A stretch of 64,000 nt of DNA from assembly GCA_040767085.1 (NCBI GenBank), contig JAXGPF010000005.1:256001-320000 (forward strand), given 5' to 3'. The DNA comes from Kiritimatiellia bacterium (GTDB lineage: Bacteria > Verrucomicrobiota > Kiritimatiellia > JAAZAB01). Every line of letters starts with the position of its first letter. Position 1 is the first letter of the stretch. The position numbers and the translations under genes are program-made. Positions 20,301 through 28,800 of the stretch are shown here, piece after piece. The notes beneath the pieces are model-generated. The model was not told the origin of the DNA, searched no databases, and saw only the letters and a list, made by a program, of their open reading frames with translations.

Positions 20301-20347
20301 CGGCCGCCAAACCCGCCGGCGAACAACTCCGGCGCCTGGGCGGGTGA
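17333..20347 (+). CDS. Large exported tetratricopeptide-repeat protein (~1000 aa)
   Basis: ATG 17333 after GAGGAG; signal peptide; continuous TPR-like repeats (FQKDYPKSPFIPQSLYGRA, YIEQYKESAYRPYALYQLG, VVDNYAKYPAA). Confidence 0.88.
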   Translation: MHYYKQTGKCLCAAIVAATALAAYGQTFDELAAAGEDAAKAGRYPEAIRLYEKIVAEGKTYENIMFIKFELGWAYYLVGSFDKAIPLFLDLSGVRAPSEGMKQQSIFLMAECHARLADSQPEGSAERKKSIEESLKLHTQFQKDYPKSPFIPQSLYGRAFAYYLDGQLDKAETDLKTVITDHRTSSTAIDAYYLLASVFSQQGLALVKAGKRDAAKPFLDKARELFNQLAKQQNNLAMANDSTFALAETWFSAGLYLEAIQYFREVRSKMEVQQSLRKSLEELQTKLAAQMAKREDTTQTKTEQNRLAAQLAAVNESPDRMISAYLRISESFYRMQHYDEVRIICRHLMNFTEDVLKKQANMLLLNTYIEERQAADAAREFTEFQQSFGLDPMAESVSLAIGQLFLARDELEPALTHLTRSVEDYPEAKTFEDALYLKFTVEYMLTRHADVKATADQYAAKFAKGKYLPLALYYKGMSQAALGESEEGLATLTDVLTRFSEKTEDFDNVDEVALQKGVLLMQLQKTDEAIKHFQQYIEQYKESAYRPYALYQLGMALNNADRFEEAQTFLRQAAKEHPEHAIAPAAMFQVGVMHFQKEQFEEMAAVMREILQMFPDRPIATDAYFWLGFIAKKDGAFDDAVANFAKAVESNPSSERAPECLLFAGQALNEKADKMGVPAVLPEEQRRIYRETRLAAARKFEDMLAQYPAAEKTLEAIPGIAASIFELVRSKQMPPEEAVAWFKESRARHPDNAELQAQLLFSYGSYFMKNREQAQALAVFKESMALQPNVRLSPEMLTDYAEALKDAGSLADAEKIYNKIIADFADAPLALAPAWFGLADIKYLEKNYDTAREYFEKVLGDYPWFKRGKQGRVKLAAIYEINENYEEAEKRFTEVFNEETGEPRLAASLGVARCQLARAERLKRAGDQSWQGIVKVASENLTKVTVLFEAYPEYVSDAFLQLGRACEMVGDVNQAKEMYKRVVDNYAKYPAAKPAGEQLRRLGG

Positions 20348-20370
20348 CAATTCGACGCCGCGCCGGCCGG

Positions 20371-20877
20371 TCAGCGCAATTCAATTGTCATGGCGACTTC
20401 CGGGCAGGTAAACGGGGAATCGTACTTGGTGCAATTGACGCACCCCATGTAAAGCTTGTGCATCAGCTTTTCCTTGGGCACCTCGCGGAAGCCGAACCGG
20501 CGGAAATATTCCGGCGAAAAGGTCAGCACCACGAGCTGCGCCGGGTGATAAGCCCGCACGTGGCGGATGATCGCCCGCACCAGGGCTTCCCCCACCCCGC
20601 GCCGCTGGAATTTTCGGGAAACGGCCACGGATTTAATCTCGATCGAAGGTTCCGTCACATGGCCGATTTCCGGCAGAATCTGCCAGGACGCCGTCCCGGC
20701 CAGCCGGCCGCCGACTTCCGCCACCAGGAACCGATCGATGTTCTGGACGATGTCGCTCACCGAACGCGCCAGCACCTCGCGCGGATGTTCCTTGATCAGC
20801 TGGTAGATTTCCGCCGCATCGCCGAATCCCGCCGGGCGGATTCGGACAGCGGCTGGTTTGTTTTTGCGCGCCGGCAT
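20371..20877 (-). CDS. GNAT N-acetyltransferase, short N-acetylglutamate synthase (ArgA)-like
   Basis: EIKSVAV..FQRRGVGEALV, VLTFSPEYFRRFGF, C-terminal LMHKLYMGCVNC..CPEVAM; GGAGG RBS. Confidence 0.75.
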   Translation of the reverse strand: MPARKNKPAAVRIRPAGFGDAAEIYQLIKEHPREVLARSVSDIVQNIDRFLVAEVGGRLAGTASWQILPEIGHVTEPSIEIKSVAVSRKFQRRGVGEALVRAIIRHVRAYHPAQLVVLTFSPEYFRRFGFREVPKEKLMHKLYMGCVNCTKYDSPFTCPEVAMTIELR

Positions 20878-21063
20878 ATTTCAGTCCTCCCGCATCCTGT
20901 TCCGTATCCCATCCCGCGCCGCCGGACCGCGGCGGCTCAATTCCACGGGTAACATAACAAGTCTGCCGGCGGATGCCAGTAAATTTTATCGCGGGACCGC
21001 AACCATCGGCCCAACCGGGGCGTGTTTAACTTGAACCTGAATCCGTGACGGAATTTTATGCTG

Positions 21064-21861
21064 TTACGCCTGGCCGCCGGCGGCCGCCGCCAAGCCGCGC
21101 AAGGTTTGCGCGTCTGCCAGGAACTGTTCGGGCGCGCCGCCGGCAACGAATTCCAGCAAGGCATAGCGCCGCGCCGGCGCCGCCGGCGCGGCGAGGGCCA
21201 GGTATTGACGCCAGGCTTCGGCGCCCTCCGCCAGCGGCCGCTGCCGGCGGGCCGCCGGATCGAAATAGTGCACATGCAGATGCGCCAGATGCCCTGCCAG
21301 CCGGCGCAAATCAGCGCAGCAGTCCGCGACGGCCCGTCCTACCGGCGGCTGCCAGTAAGTCCGCACCCCTGCCGGACCAACCTCTTCCAGCAATTGCATG
21401 GCCGAAGCGGCGGTATCAGTCAGGGTATTGACATGACATTCCAGGGCCACCATCAGACCCGCTCCGCCCGCCAGGGCGCCAATCCGGCGCAAATCGCCGG
21501 CAATCAGGGCGCGATATTCCGGCGTGGCCGATGCCGAACCCCGGACTCCGGCCCAGACCCGGATCACGGGCGCGCCCAGCGCCTGCGCCGTGGCCAGAAC
21601 GGTTGAAAACGACAGGCCTTCGGCCTCGCTTTTGCCAGCCCGGTAGTACGATCCGTACGACGCCACCGCCAGCCCGGCATCGGCGGCGAGGGCGCGCGCT
21701 TCCCGCGCGCCGGCGCGGTCGCCGTGCGGCACATGCACATCCCCGCCCCACTCGATCGCATCCAGCCCGGCCGCCGCGGCCAGATCCACGATTTGGCGCG
21801 GAGTCAACTGCCGGAAGGTCACCGATGCCAGCCCCGTCAGGAATATTTTTTCAGGTTGCAT
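21064..21861 (-). CDS. Sugar phosphate isomerase/epimerase (xylose-isomerase-like TIM barrel)
   Basis: GLASVTFRQL, IEWGGDVHVPHGD, IRVWAG, LECHVNTLTD, TYWQPP, LLEFV. Confidence 0.85.
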   Translation of the reverse strand: MQPEKIFLTGLASVTFRQLTPRQIVDLAAAAGLDAIEWGGDVHVPHGDRAGAREARALAADAGLAVASYGSYYRAGKSEAEGLSFSTVLATAQALGAPVIRVWAGVRGSASATPEYRALIAGDLRRIGALAGGAGLMVALECHVNTLTDTAASAMQLLEEVGPAGVRTYWQPPVGRAVADCCADLRRLAGHLAHLHVHYFDPAARRQRPLAEGAEAWRQYLALAAPAAPARRYALLEFVAGGAPEQFLADAQTLRGLAAAAGGQA

Positions 21862-22213
21862 TGTTTTAGAGTGAACCAGGGATACAGACGATTCCCGAAC
21901 GCAGCCGCAACGACACAACGAATGATTTCGATCTTACGGGAAATAGTCAAGGTTAAACGTGAAAACGCAGAAAACTATACAAGCCGTTTTGGCGCACGTA
22001 TCCGCCCGCCCCCGGCGAACTCGCCTCGCCGGCGCGCAAGGTTGAGTTCAGCAGCGGCATTCTTACGACCTCATTCACCGGCGGGACAAGCCCGCCGGGG
22101 TCTCCGGGCGGGATTTCCGACATCAATTAAAATTATGGCGTTGAAATCCTGCGCCGGAAGGTTACAATGCAATTTGTTTTACCCGGGAAGGCCGGGCATA
22201 CAGAGGGCAAGCT

Positions 22214-23332
22214 ATGTGTAAAAAATTCTTGCAAGGATTATCGTTTATGGGACTTAGCCTCGCGGTCGGCGCCGCGCCCGGCGGCGCGGCCGGCATCAAG
22301 CTCACGGAATCGGAGGAAGCCGGCGTAAAACTCTACCGCATGGAAAACGGTTATTACGACGCCGTCTTTGCCCCGGCGCAGGCCATGTTCCCGCTTTACT
22401 TCAAATACAAGCCGACCGGCAAAGACATCCTGGTGCGCAAGCCCGACGCGGCCGCCAGCTTCCGCAGCCGCGACGGCATTCAATTGTGCCTGCCCTGCGT
22501 AGGCGGTATTCCCGACCGCCTGACTTCCAAAGGTTACCTGAACACCGCCGTGTGGGAAACGACGGCGACCGTCCAGGACGGCCGGGGCGTCCTGGTCTCC
22601 CGCGCCGCCATTGGCTATAACGACCCGATTTCCGGCGCGCCGGCGCGCCTGGCGGTCACCGTGACCGTGATCGGCATGGCCCGCAGCAGCCGGCTGCAGA
22701 CGGATTTTGCGATCGAAAACACCGGCGGGCAGCCGGCGCGATTGATGTTCGTCGCGCACGCGCGCCTGGCGCCGGAAGGCGCCTACCAGGAAGGCGATTA
22801 CATCTGGGCGTCCGCCGATCGCTGCTGGATCAGCGACTTCCAATGGCCGGCGCTGGCGGCCGCCGGCGTCGTTCCCCACAGTTGGACCGCCTGGCCGGTG
22901 CCGGGCATGGACACTTTCGCCCCCAAGGCGCCGGCGGAAAAACGCGGCGATTTCGCCTATGCCTTCATCCCCGCCAACTGGCTGGTGGTGGGAAATGACC
23001 GCACGGAAAATTTTGTGGTTTTCCAATCCTCGGGGATCAAAATCGGCAAGCGTTTCCAGCCGTCGCCCTACTTCTGCGTACTGCGCCGGGATGGCGACTA
23101 CCTGGTGGAAGTCGGCGTTTCCCACGAATTGGACGCCAGGTATTGGGAGCATCCCGGCGCCGTGGCCACCCTGGCTCCGGGTGAAATCCTGGCCTACAGT
23201 TTGCACATGGCCGCCGGCCAGGGCTTGCCCCGCGCCCTGGCCCAGCGTATCCTCGCCGTCCGCCCCGACCGCATTGTCTGCCAGCCCGACCAGGGCGCGG
23301 CCCGATTCATCTATCTGGAAGAGCGGCACTGA
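22214..23332 (+). CDS. Exported hypothetical protein, possibly galactose-mutarotase-like beta-sandwich
   Basis: Signal peptide; MENGYYDAVF, FAIENTG..MFVAHARL, TLAPGEILAYS; GAGGG RBS. Confidence 0.55.
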   Translation: MCKKFLQGLSFMGLSLAVGAAPGGAAGIKLTESEEAGVKLYRMENGYYDAVFAPAQAMFPLYFKYKPTGKDILVRKPDAAASFRSRDGIQLCLPCVGGIPDRLTSKGYLNTAVWETTATVQDGRGVLVSRAAIGYNDPISGAPARLAVTVTVIGMARSSRLQTDFAIENTGGQPARLMFVAHARLAPEGAYQEGDYIWASADRCWISDFQWPALAAAGVVPHSWTAWPVPGMDTFAPKAPAEKRGDFAYAFIPANWLVVGNDRTENFVVFQSSGIKIGKRFQPSPYFCVLRRDGDYLVEVGVSHELDARYWEHPGAVATLAPGEILAYSLHMAAGQGLPRALAQRILAVRPDRIVCQPDQGAARFIYLEERH

Positions 23333-23342
23333 TGATGAAAGG

Positions 23343-23382
23343 GGCAAAGGATCAAAGGCGCAGAGGATCAAAGCGGCAGGGG
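23343..23382. repeat. Purine-rich degenerate octamer tandem repeat x5 between convergent genes
   Basis: ggcaaagg atcaaagg cgcagagg atcaaagc ggcagggg. Confidence 0.55.
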
Positions 23383-23411
23383 AACGGTGTCTGCCCTTCA
23401 ACATTCCGCGG

Positions 23412-24443
23412 CTAAAAATTCAGCCGCGCCTTGCGGGAACCTTTTACAATCCGCCCGATCACTTTGGGCGTCGCGCCATGCGCGGCCAGTGCGCGGATGG
23501 CGGCCGGCTGGTCGGCGGCGCGGACCGCGATGACCATGCCGATGCCCATGTTGAACACGCGGTACATTTCCCCGGTCTCGATGCCGCCGCGTTCCTGGAG
23601 AAACCTGAAAATCGCCGGCACGCGCCAGGCGCGGCAGTCAATCACGGCATCGGTGTCCGCCGGCAGCATGCGCGGGACATTATCCACAAAACCGCCCCCG
23701 GTAATATGCGCCATGCCCAGCACCGGCACCTGGCGCAAAAGGGCCTGGACCGGCGTCAGGTAACTGCGATGCACGCTCAACAACACGTCCGCCACCCGCT
23801 GGTTGGCGCCCGGCAGCCGGTCCTGCAGGCGCAGGCCGGCGGTCTCGAAAATCACCCGCCGCGCCAGTGAAAATCCGTTGGTGTGCAGGCCGGAGGAAGG
23901 CAGGCCCAACAACACGTCGCCGGGGCGGATGCGGCGGCCGGTGATGAGCTTTTTCCGGTCCACCACGCCGACAATGGTGCCGACCAGGTCGTATTCCCCG
24001 GGCGGGTACAACCCCGGCATTTCCGCGGTTTCCCCGCCCAGGAGGGCGCAGCGATTCGCGCGGCAGGCGCGGCAGAGTCCGCGCACAACGGACTGGAAGA
24101 CCCGGCCGTCAAAGCCGGACACCCCGAAATAATCGAGGAAGAACAAGGGCGCCGCGCCATGCACGAGAATGTCGTTGACGCAATGATTGACCAGGTCCTG
24201 GCCCACGGTATCGTGCCGGCCGGCCATCACGGCAACCTTGAGCTTGGTGCCCACACCGTCGGTGCTGGCCATCAACACCTGGCCGCGTCCCGGCGCGGCG
24301 AACATGCCGCCGAAAGCGCCGATTTCGCTCAGCACGCCCGGGGTACGGGTGGCGCCGACAAGTTTTTTCACCGCGCGCAGCGCGCGCATCTTGTTTTCGA
24401 TATCCACGCCCGCCGCCCGGTAAGCCGAATGTCTGGCTGTCAT
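23412..24443 (-). CDS. purM: Phosphoribosylformylglycinamidine cyclo-ligase (AIR synthase)
   Basis: AYRAAGVDI, STDGVGTK, GGETAEMPG, SSGLHTNGFSL, HITGGG, FNMGIGM. Confidence 0.97.
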   Translation of the reverse strand: MTARHSAYRAAGVDIENKMRALRAVKKLVGATRTPGVLSEIGAFGGMFAAPGRGQVLMASTDGVGTKLKVAVMAGRHDTVGQDLVNHCVNDILVHGAAPLFFLDYFGVSGFDGRVFQSVVRGLCRACRANRCALLGGETAEMPGLYPPGEYDLVGTIVGVVDRKKLITGRRIRPGDVLLGLPSSGLHTNGFSLARRVIFETAGLRLQDRLPGANQRVADVLLSVHRSYLTPVQALLRQVPVLGMAHITGGGFVDNVPRMLPADTDAVIDCRAWRVPAIFRFLQERGGIETGEMYRVFNMGIGMVIAVRAADQPAAIRALAAHGATPKVIGRIVKGSRKARLNF

Positions 24444-25537
24444 GATTGCTTTGCTCCTCGATTGCGGATGATCCGCGCCACTTGCCGCAGCATACCCACG
24501 CGCATGCGCGGGTATACCACCGCGTGCTCGCGGACATCTTCCCCCCATAAGCCACGCCCGTTGGAAAACACCAGGCCGTCAAACGGCGCGATAAAGCTCC
24601 ACAAATTCTCAAAGGTTTCCAGCGAAAACACCCGCGCTGCCACCTGGCCCTTGCGCGCCCAGGCGCCGGGCGGAATTTCGCCGATCAGCAGTCCTTCGGC
24701 GTCGGTCACCATCACGGCATCCTTGCCGCCCTGCCGCAGTTCATACTGCACCGGCGGCAATTCCGGGCGGCCGGGCAGCATGCCATGAAACTTGAAGCTG
24801 TTGAGAATCCCGCGGCGGCCGGAAGCCGCGGACGCCGGATCGACAAAATTCTGCGGCGGCAATTCCGCGACGATCAGCGGGATACCGGCATGGAAAGCGC
24901 GCACAGAGCTCATGCCGGCGGCCGGGTCCGCCAGGCGCGGCGCCCGCAATTGATAACAGGGCAAGCCGAAACTGCGCAGGAACGCGGCATGCTGGCGCAT
25001 GCTCCAGGCCAGGGGCGCGAAGGCGGAGGTCCAGCCGTGCAGGTCGAGGCACCAGTCGGCATGCCGCAGCCAGGTTTGCCAGACCGCCTCGGCCGCCGCT
25101 GCGGCATACGTGGCGGCCGCGGGAGATTCACGCCAGCACCGGTCCATGTTGTAATTGAAATCGGGAGCGGTGTCCGCGCGCGGTGTCAGCATGTTCAAGC
25201 CCATGCGGCGATAGCGAAATTCCTCGACGGGAAAATCCTGGCGCCGCGACAGGACCGCCAGCGGATTCAAGACCGGCAGAAACACCGCCGTGCCCTTCAA
25301 CGCGTGCGGATCCAATTCGTGAAAAACCTTCTCGATGGCCGCCACGCCGTTTAATTCCCGGCCGTGCTGGCCGGCCATAATCACGGCCAGCGGGCCGGCG
25401 CGCGCGCCGGTGACTGTCAAGACCGGCAAACGCGCCTTGACGGACTGGACATAATGCGGCATCTCCAGGAACGAACGGTGTTTCCCCGGCCGGCGCCGCA
25501 AGGCAAGGCCGCCGCCGCTTCGAATGATTTTAGCCAT
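24440..25537 (-). CDS. Succinylglutamate desuccinylase/aspartoacylase family (M14-like) protein
   Basis: AGQHGRELNG, LPVLNP, NMDRCW, LDLHG, VAEL; C-terminal APFDGLV; ATGA overlap with purM. Confidence 0.82.
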   Translation of the reverse strand: MAKIIRSGGGLALRRRPGKHRSFLEMPHYVQSVKARLPVLTVTGARAGPLAVIMAGQHGRELNGVAAIEKVFHELDPHALKGTAVFLPVLNPLAVLSRRQDFPVEEFRYRRMGLNMLTPRADTAPDFNYNMDRCWRESPAAATYAAAAAEAVWQTWLRHADWCLDLHGWTSAFAPLAWSMRQHAAFLRSFGLPCYQLRAPRLADPAAGMSSVRAFHAGIPLIVAELPPQNFVDPASAASGRRGILNSFKFHGMLPGRPELPPVQYELRQGGKDAVMVTDAEGLLIGEIPPGAWARKGQVAARVFSLETFENLWSFIAPFDGLVFSNGRGLWGEDVREHAVVYPRMRVGMLRQVARIIRNRGAKQS

Positions 25538-25617
25538 GTTTCCCCATCCTTCCCGACCCGCCGGCGCACCGGCGCACGATTTTGTCCCGGCGGTATCCGC
25601 CGGACGACCGCCCGGGG

Positions 25618-25797
25618 TTACGGATAATCCGCCGCCACCATGTCCAGGATCCGCGCGCCATATTCGCTGAAAACACGCAAAAACAACGTCAGCATGAACC
25701 ACACCGCCACCAGCATGCCGGCCACAATGGCGTATTCCGCCATGGCCTGGCCGCTCCGGCCCGGCCGGCGTTTAAATAAATTGACCCTGTTATCCAT
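25618..25797 (-). CDS. Small Flp/TadE-like prepilin (59 aa)
   Basis: Basic leader then G/QAMAEY (prepilin cleavage G, E+5, Y+6) and one hydrophobic helix. Confidence 0.7.
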   Translation of the reverse strand: MDNRVNLFKRRPGRSGQAMAEYAIVAGMLVAVWFMLTLFLRVFSEYGARILDMVAADYP

Positions 25798-25809
25798 GGC
25801 GCTTATAAT
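25781..25809 (+). promoter_or_regulatory. Near-consensus sigma70 promoter for the kinase-thrC-mntP genes
   Basis: TTGACC (25781-86), 17 bp, TATAAT (25804-09). Confidence 0.65.
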
Positions 25810-25879
25810 GCAGCGCACACAATGAAACAAAAACACTCTGATCTGTCAAACACTTCCGCCACTCCGGCCGCAGCCAAGC

Positions 25880-28800
25880 ATGGACGATGCGCCTAAATTC
25901 AAAGGGTTTGAAATTCTTGAAACCCTGCCGCGCGGTGGCATGAGCACTGTTTACAAGGCCCGCCAGATATCGCTCGAGCGTATCGTGGCCCTGAAAACGC
26001 TTCCCCCCAACCTTGCGCGTCATCCCGGCGACATTGACAAGTTCATTTACGAAGCCCGGATCACGGCCAGCCTCAAGCATCCCAATATTGTCCAGGTGTA
26101 TGACTTCGGCAAAACCGAGGATGGCGTCTATTATTTTGTCATGGAATTCGTTTCCGGGTACAACGTGGCCCACTGGATCCGGCGCAAGCAGCGGATTTCT
26201 CAGGAAAACACCCTGCTCATCGCCCAAAGCGTGGCCGACGCCCTGAAGTACGCCTGGGAACACGACCGCATAATCCACTGCGATATCAAGCCTGACAACA
26301 TCATCATTGACAGCGACGGCTCGATTAAAGTTGCCGACCTGGGCCTGGCCCGGAGCATTCATTCCATGGCTGACAGCGGCGAAACGGGCGTGGTCTTCGG
26401 CACCCCGAACTATATCGCCCCCGAGCAGTCCCGCGGCGACGCCGCGCTGGACTGCCGTACCGATATTTACGCCCTGGGCGCCACCATATACCACTGCCTG
26501 ACCGGCCGGATGCCGTTTGCCGAACTGCCGCCCCAGGAAATCATGGATCGGCAAATCACGGACACCATACCGGATCCCCAGGAGATTCACCCGGCCATCG
26601 CCACTGGCAGCGCCTGCCTGATTGAAAAAATGATGCGCAAAAATCCCGCCGACCGCCAGCCGGACTGGGACGCGGTGATCCAGGACATCATCCAGGTGCG
26701 ATCCGAAAAATTACCGGCGGGCGATTTCCGTCAGTACCTGCCCAGCACGGCCCGGCGCTGCCAGTTGCGGGAACAGCACCTGCGGGACATCTACCGCCTG
26801 CTGGACCAGCAGATTACCCGGCGCACCGACGGCCTGCCGGAAGGGCGCTACCTGCGCGGATACTGGCTGGCGGAATCCCAGCATCCGCGCCCCCTGCCCC
26901 GCGCGACGCCCCGGCCGGCCGCCCGGCGGACGCTCCTGGAAAAAACCGCCGCCATCCTGCTGTTTACGGCCGTGCTGGTTTTTGCCGGCCTGATCCTGCG
27001 CCGCTGGCCGGCGCAGGGCCGCGCCCGCGGGACCCAGCCGCCGGCGGCGCCGGCGCCGCCGGCGGAGGCTTCCGCGCCGGCGCACGATTCGCCGGCGCCG
27101 GTCATGGACGATCAACGGGACCAGTTGGCGCGCGAGCTTTACGACACCACCCTGCAATGGCTGACGGAGCATCCGGGTCTGTTTAACGAAGCCATCCGCA
27201 AGTTCGAACAGGTTGCCGCCGACACGCGGGGCACCCATTACGCGGCCCTGGCGCTGGAGCAGGCGCAAAAGCTGCGCCAGGGCAAAAACCGCGCCATCAA
27301 CCGGCTGATGCAGACATTGCGGGACCAGGCCGAGCAATTGGGCGCCCGCCATAATTTCGAAGAGGCCGCCGCGGTATTCTCCGGATATAAAGGCGAATTT
27401 GCCGCCGAAACCGCCAAGCAGCGCCGGGCCCAGGCCGAAACATGGCAGGCGCGCGCCACGGCGCACCGGAAGGAAAAGCAAGTCCAGCAAGAGGCGGCTT
27501 CGCGCCAATGGCGCCAGGTGCTGACGGCGGTGGCGGACGCCGTGCTCACGGAAAACTTCGAATCCATCGGCGAACGTCTGCAAGCGGCTTTCGGCGACAG
27601 CAACCTGGCGGAACACCGCCTGGAACTGCGGGAGATGGAGTCCCTCTGCCAGGCGGCCGCGGAATTGGATCGGCGGCTGCTGGCGACCTTCCTGCCCCAG
27701 AAGGGCCTGACGCTCGATCTGCGCCTGAAACAGGGGGTGGATAAACTGACCATCCGCGAAGTGACGGACAAGTCCGTCCTGGCGGAAAAAATCAGTCCGG
27801 TCGGCGGCGGCTATGCCATTCAGCCGCAGGAGGTGCGCCTGGCGGATTTGACACTGGTGGAACTGCAGGAACGCCTGGGGTCTTCCACAGCGCCTGAAAC
27901 CTCGCTCCTGCGCGGCATGCTGGCCATGCGCGAGAAGAATTTCGATGCGGCGGCGCGCGCTTTCGAAAACCTCGGGGAACCGCTGGGTTCCGTGCTGGCC
28001 AAGGCCGTGACGCACCAGCGCAACCGGCAGCGCGAACAGGAAGCCTGGGCGGAGATGGCTCAAATCCTGGCACGCGTGCAAATCAAGCTGGAAGATCCAC
28101 CGGGGAACGGCCAACTTGCCGCCCTGCTCAAGCAGCGTAAATTCTCGGCCCTGGAAGCGCGCTTCATCAACCATGCCGCCGCCGTCTTCCAGGCGCGTTA
28201 CGCCGGCACCGATTGCGCGCGGCAGGCCGAACCGCTCTGGCAAATCGGCCGCGCCGCCGCCGCGGCCGCGGATGCCGGCGCGAACGGATCGGGAGCGGAC
28301 CCCGACGCCGGCCGCACCCCCCATGCCCTGCTGAAAACCAGCCTGGCCAATCACAATCCCGGCCTGCAGGAACATGAAATTATCTGCCAACTCGATCCGC
28401 AGGGCCAGCCGGACCGCCTGGAAATCGTTTCCCCAAAAATCAGAACCCTGCAACCACTGGAACAGATTCCGCGGCTGCGCGAACTGATTTGCGGCGGGCA
28501 ACGGCCGGCCAACCGCTCGGACACGATCATCCTGGCGCCCCTGGACGATTTGGAGCCGCTGCGCAACCTGCCCCTGCAGACCCTCTCCCTGGCTTATACC
28601 CGCGTTAGAAACCTGGCGCCCATCCAGGGCATGTTATCCCTGACGCGCCTGAGCCTGGCGCAGACTGACGTCGCCGATCTCGCCCCCCTGTCCAATCTCC
28701 GCCTGACGGCGTTGGATATCAGCCACACCAAGACCGGCGACCTGGCGCCGTTACAGGACATGCCGTTACGGGAATTGAACCTGAACCACACCGGCATCGC

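Noticed and set aside
17276-20350. Long antisense ORFs (17276-18703, 18818-20350) and similar ones (26711-28501, 35812-37050, 38952-41330, 49624-51273, 59509-61056)
   Set aside because: Shadow frames of well-supported genes caused by high-GC codon bias; no recognisable motifs.
21862-22213. Riboswitch or sRNA in the 350-bp divergent spacer (hairpin CCGGCGGG-ACAAG-CCCGCCGG)
   Set aside because: Only a GC-rich hairpin; no recognisable RNA family motif without an Rfam search.
23330-23338. Triple TGA as a recoding (selenocysteine) signal
   Set aside because: No downstream continuation or SECIS-like evidence; best read as tandem stops.
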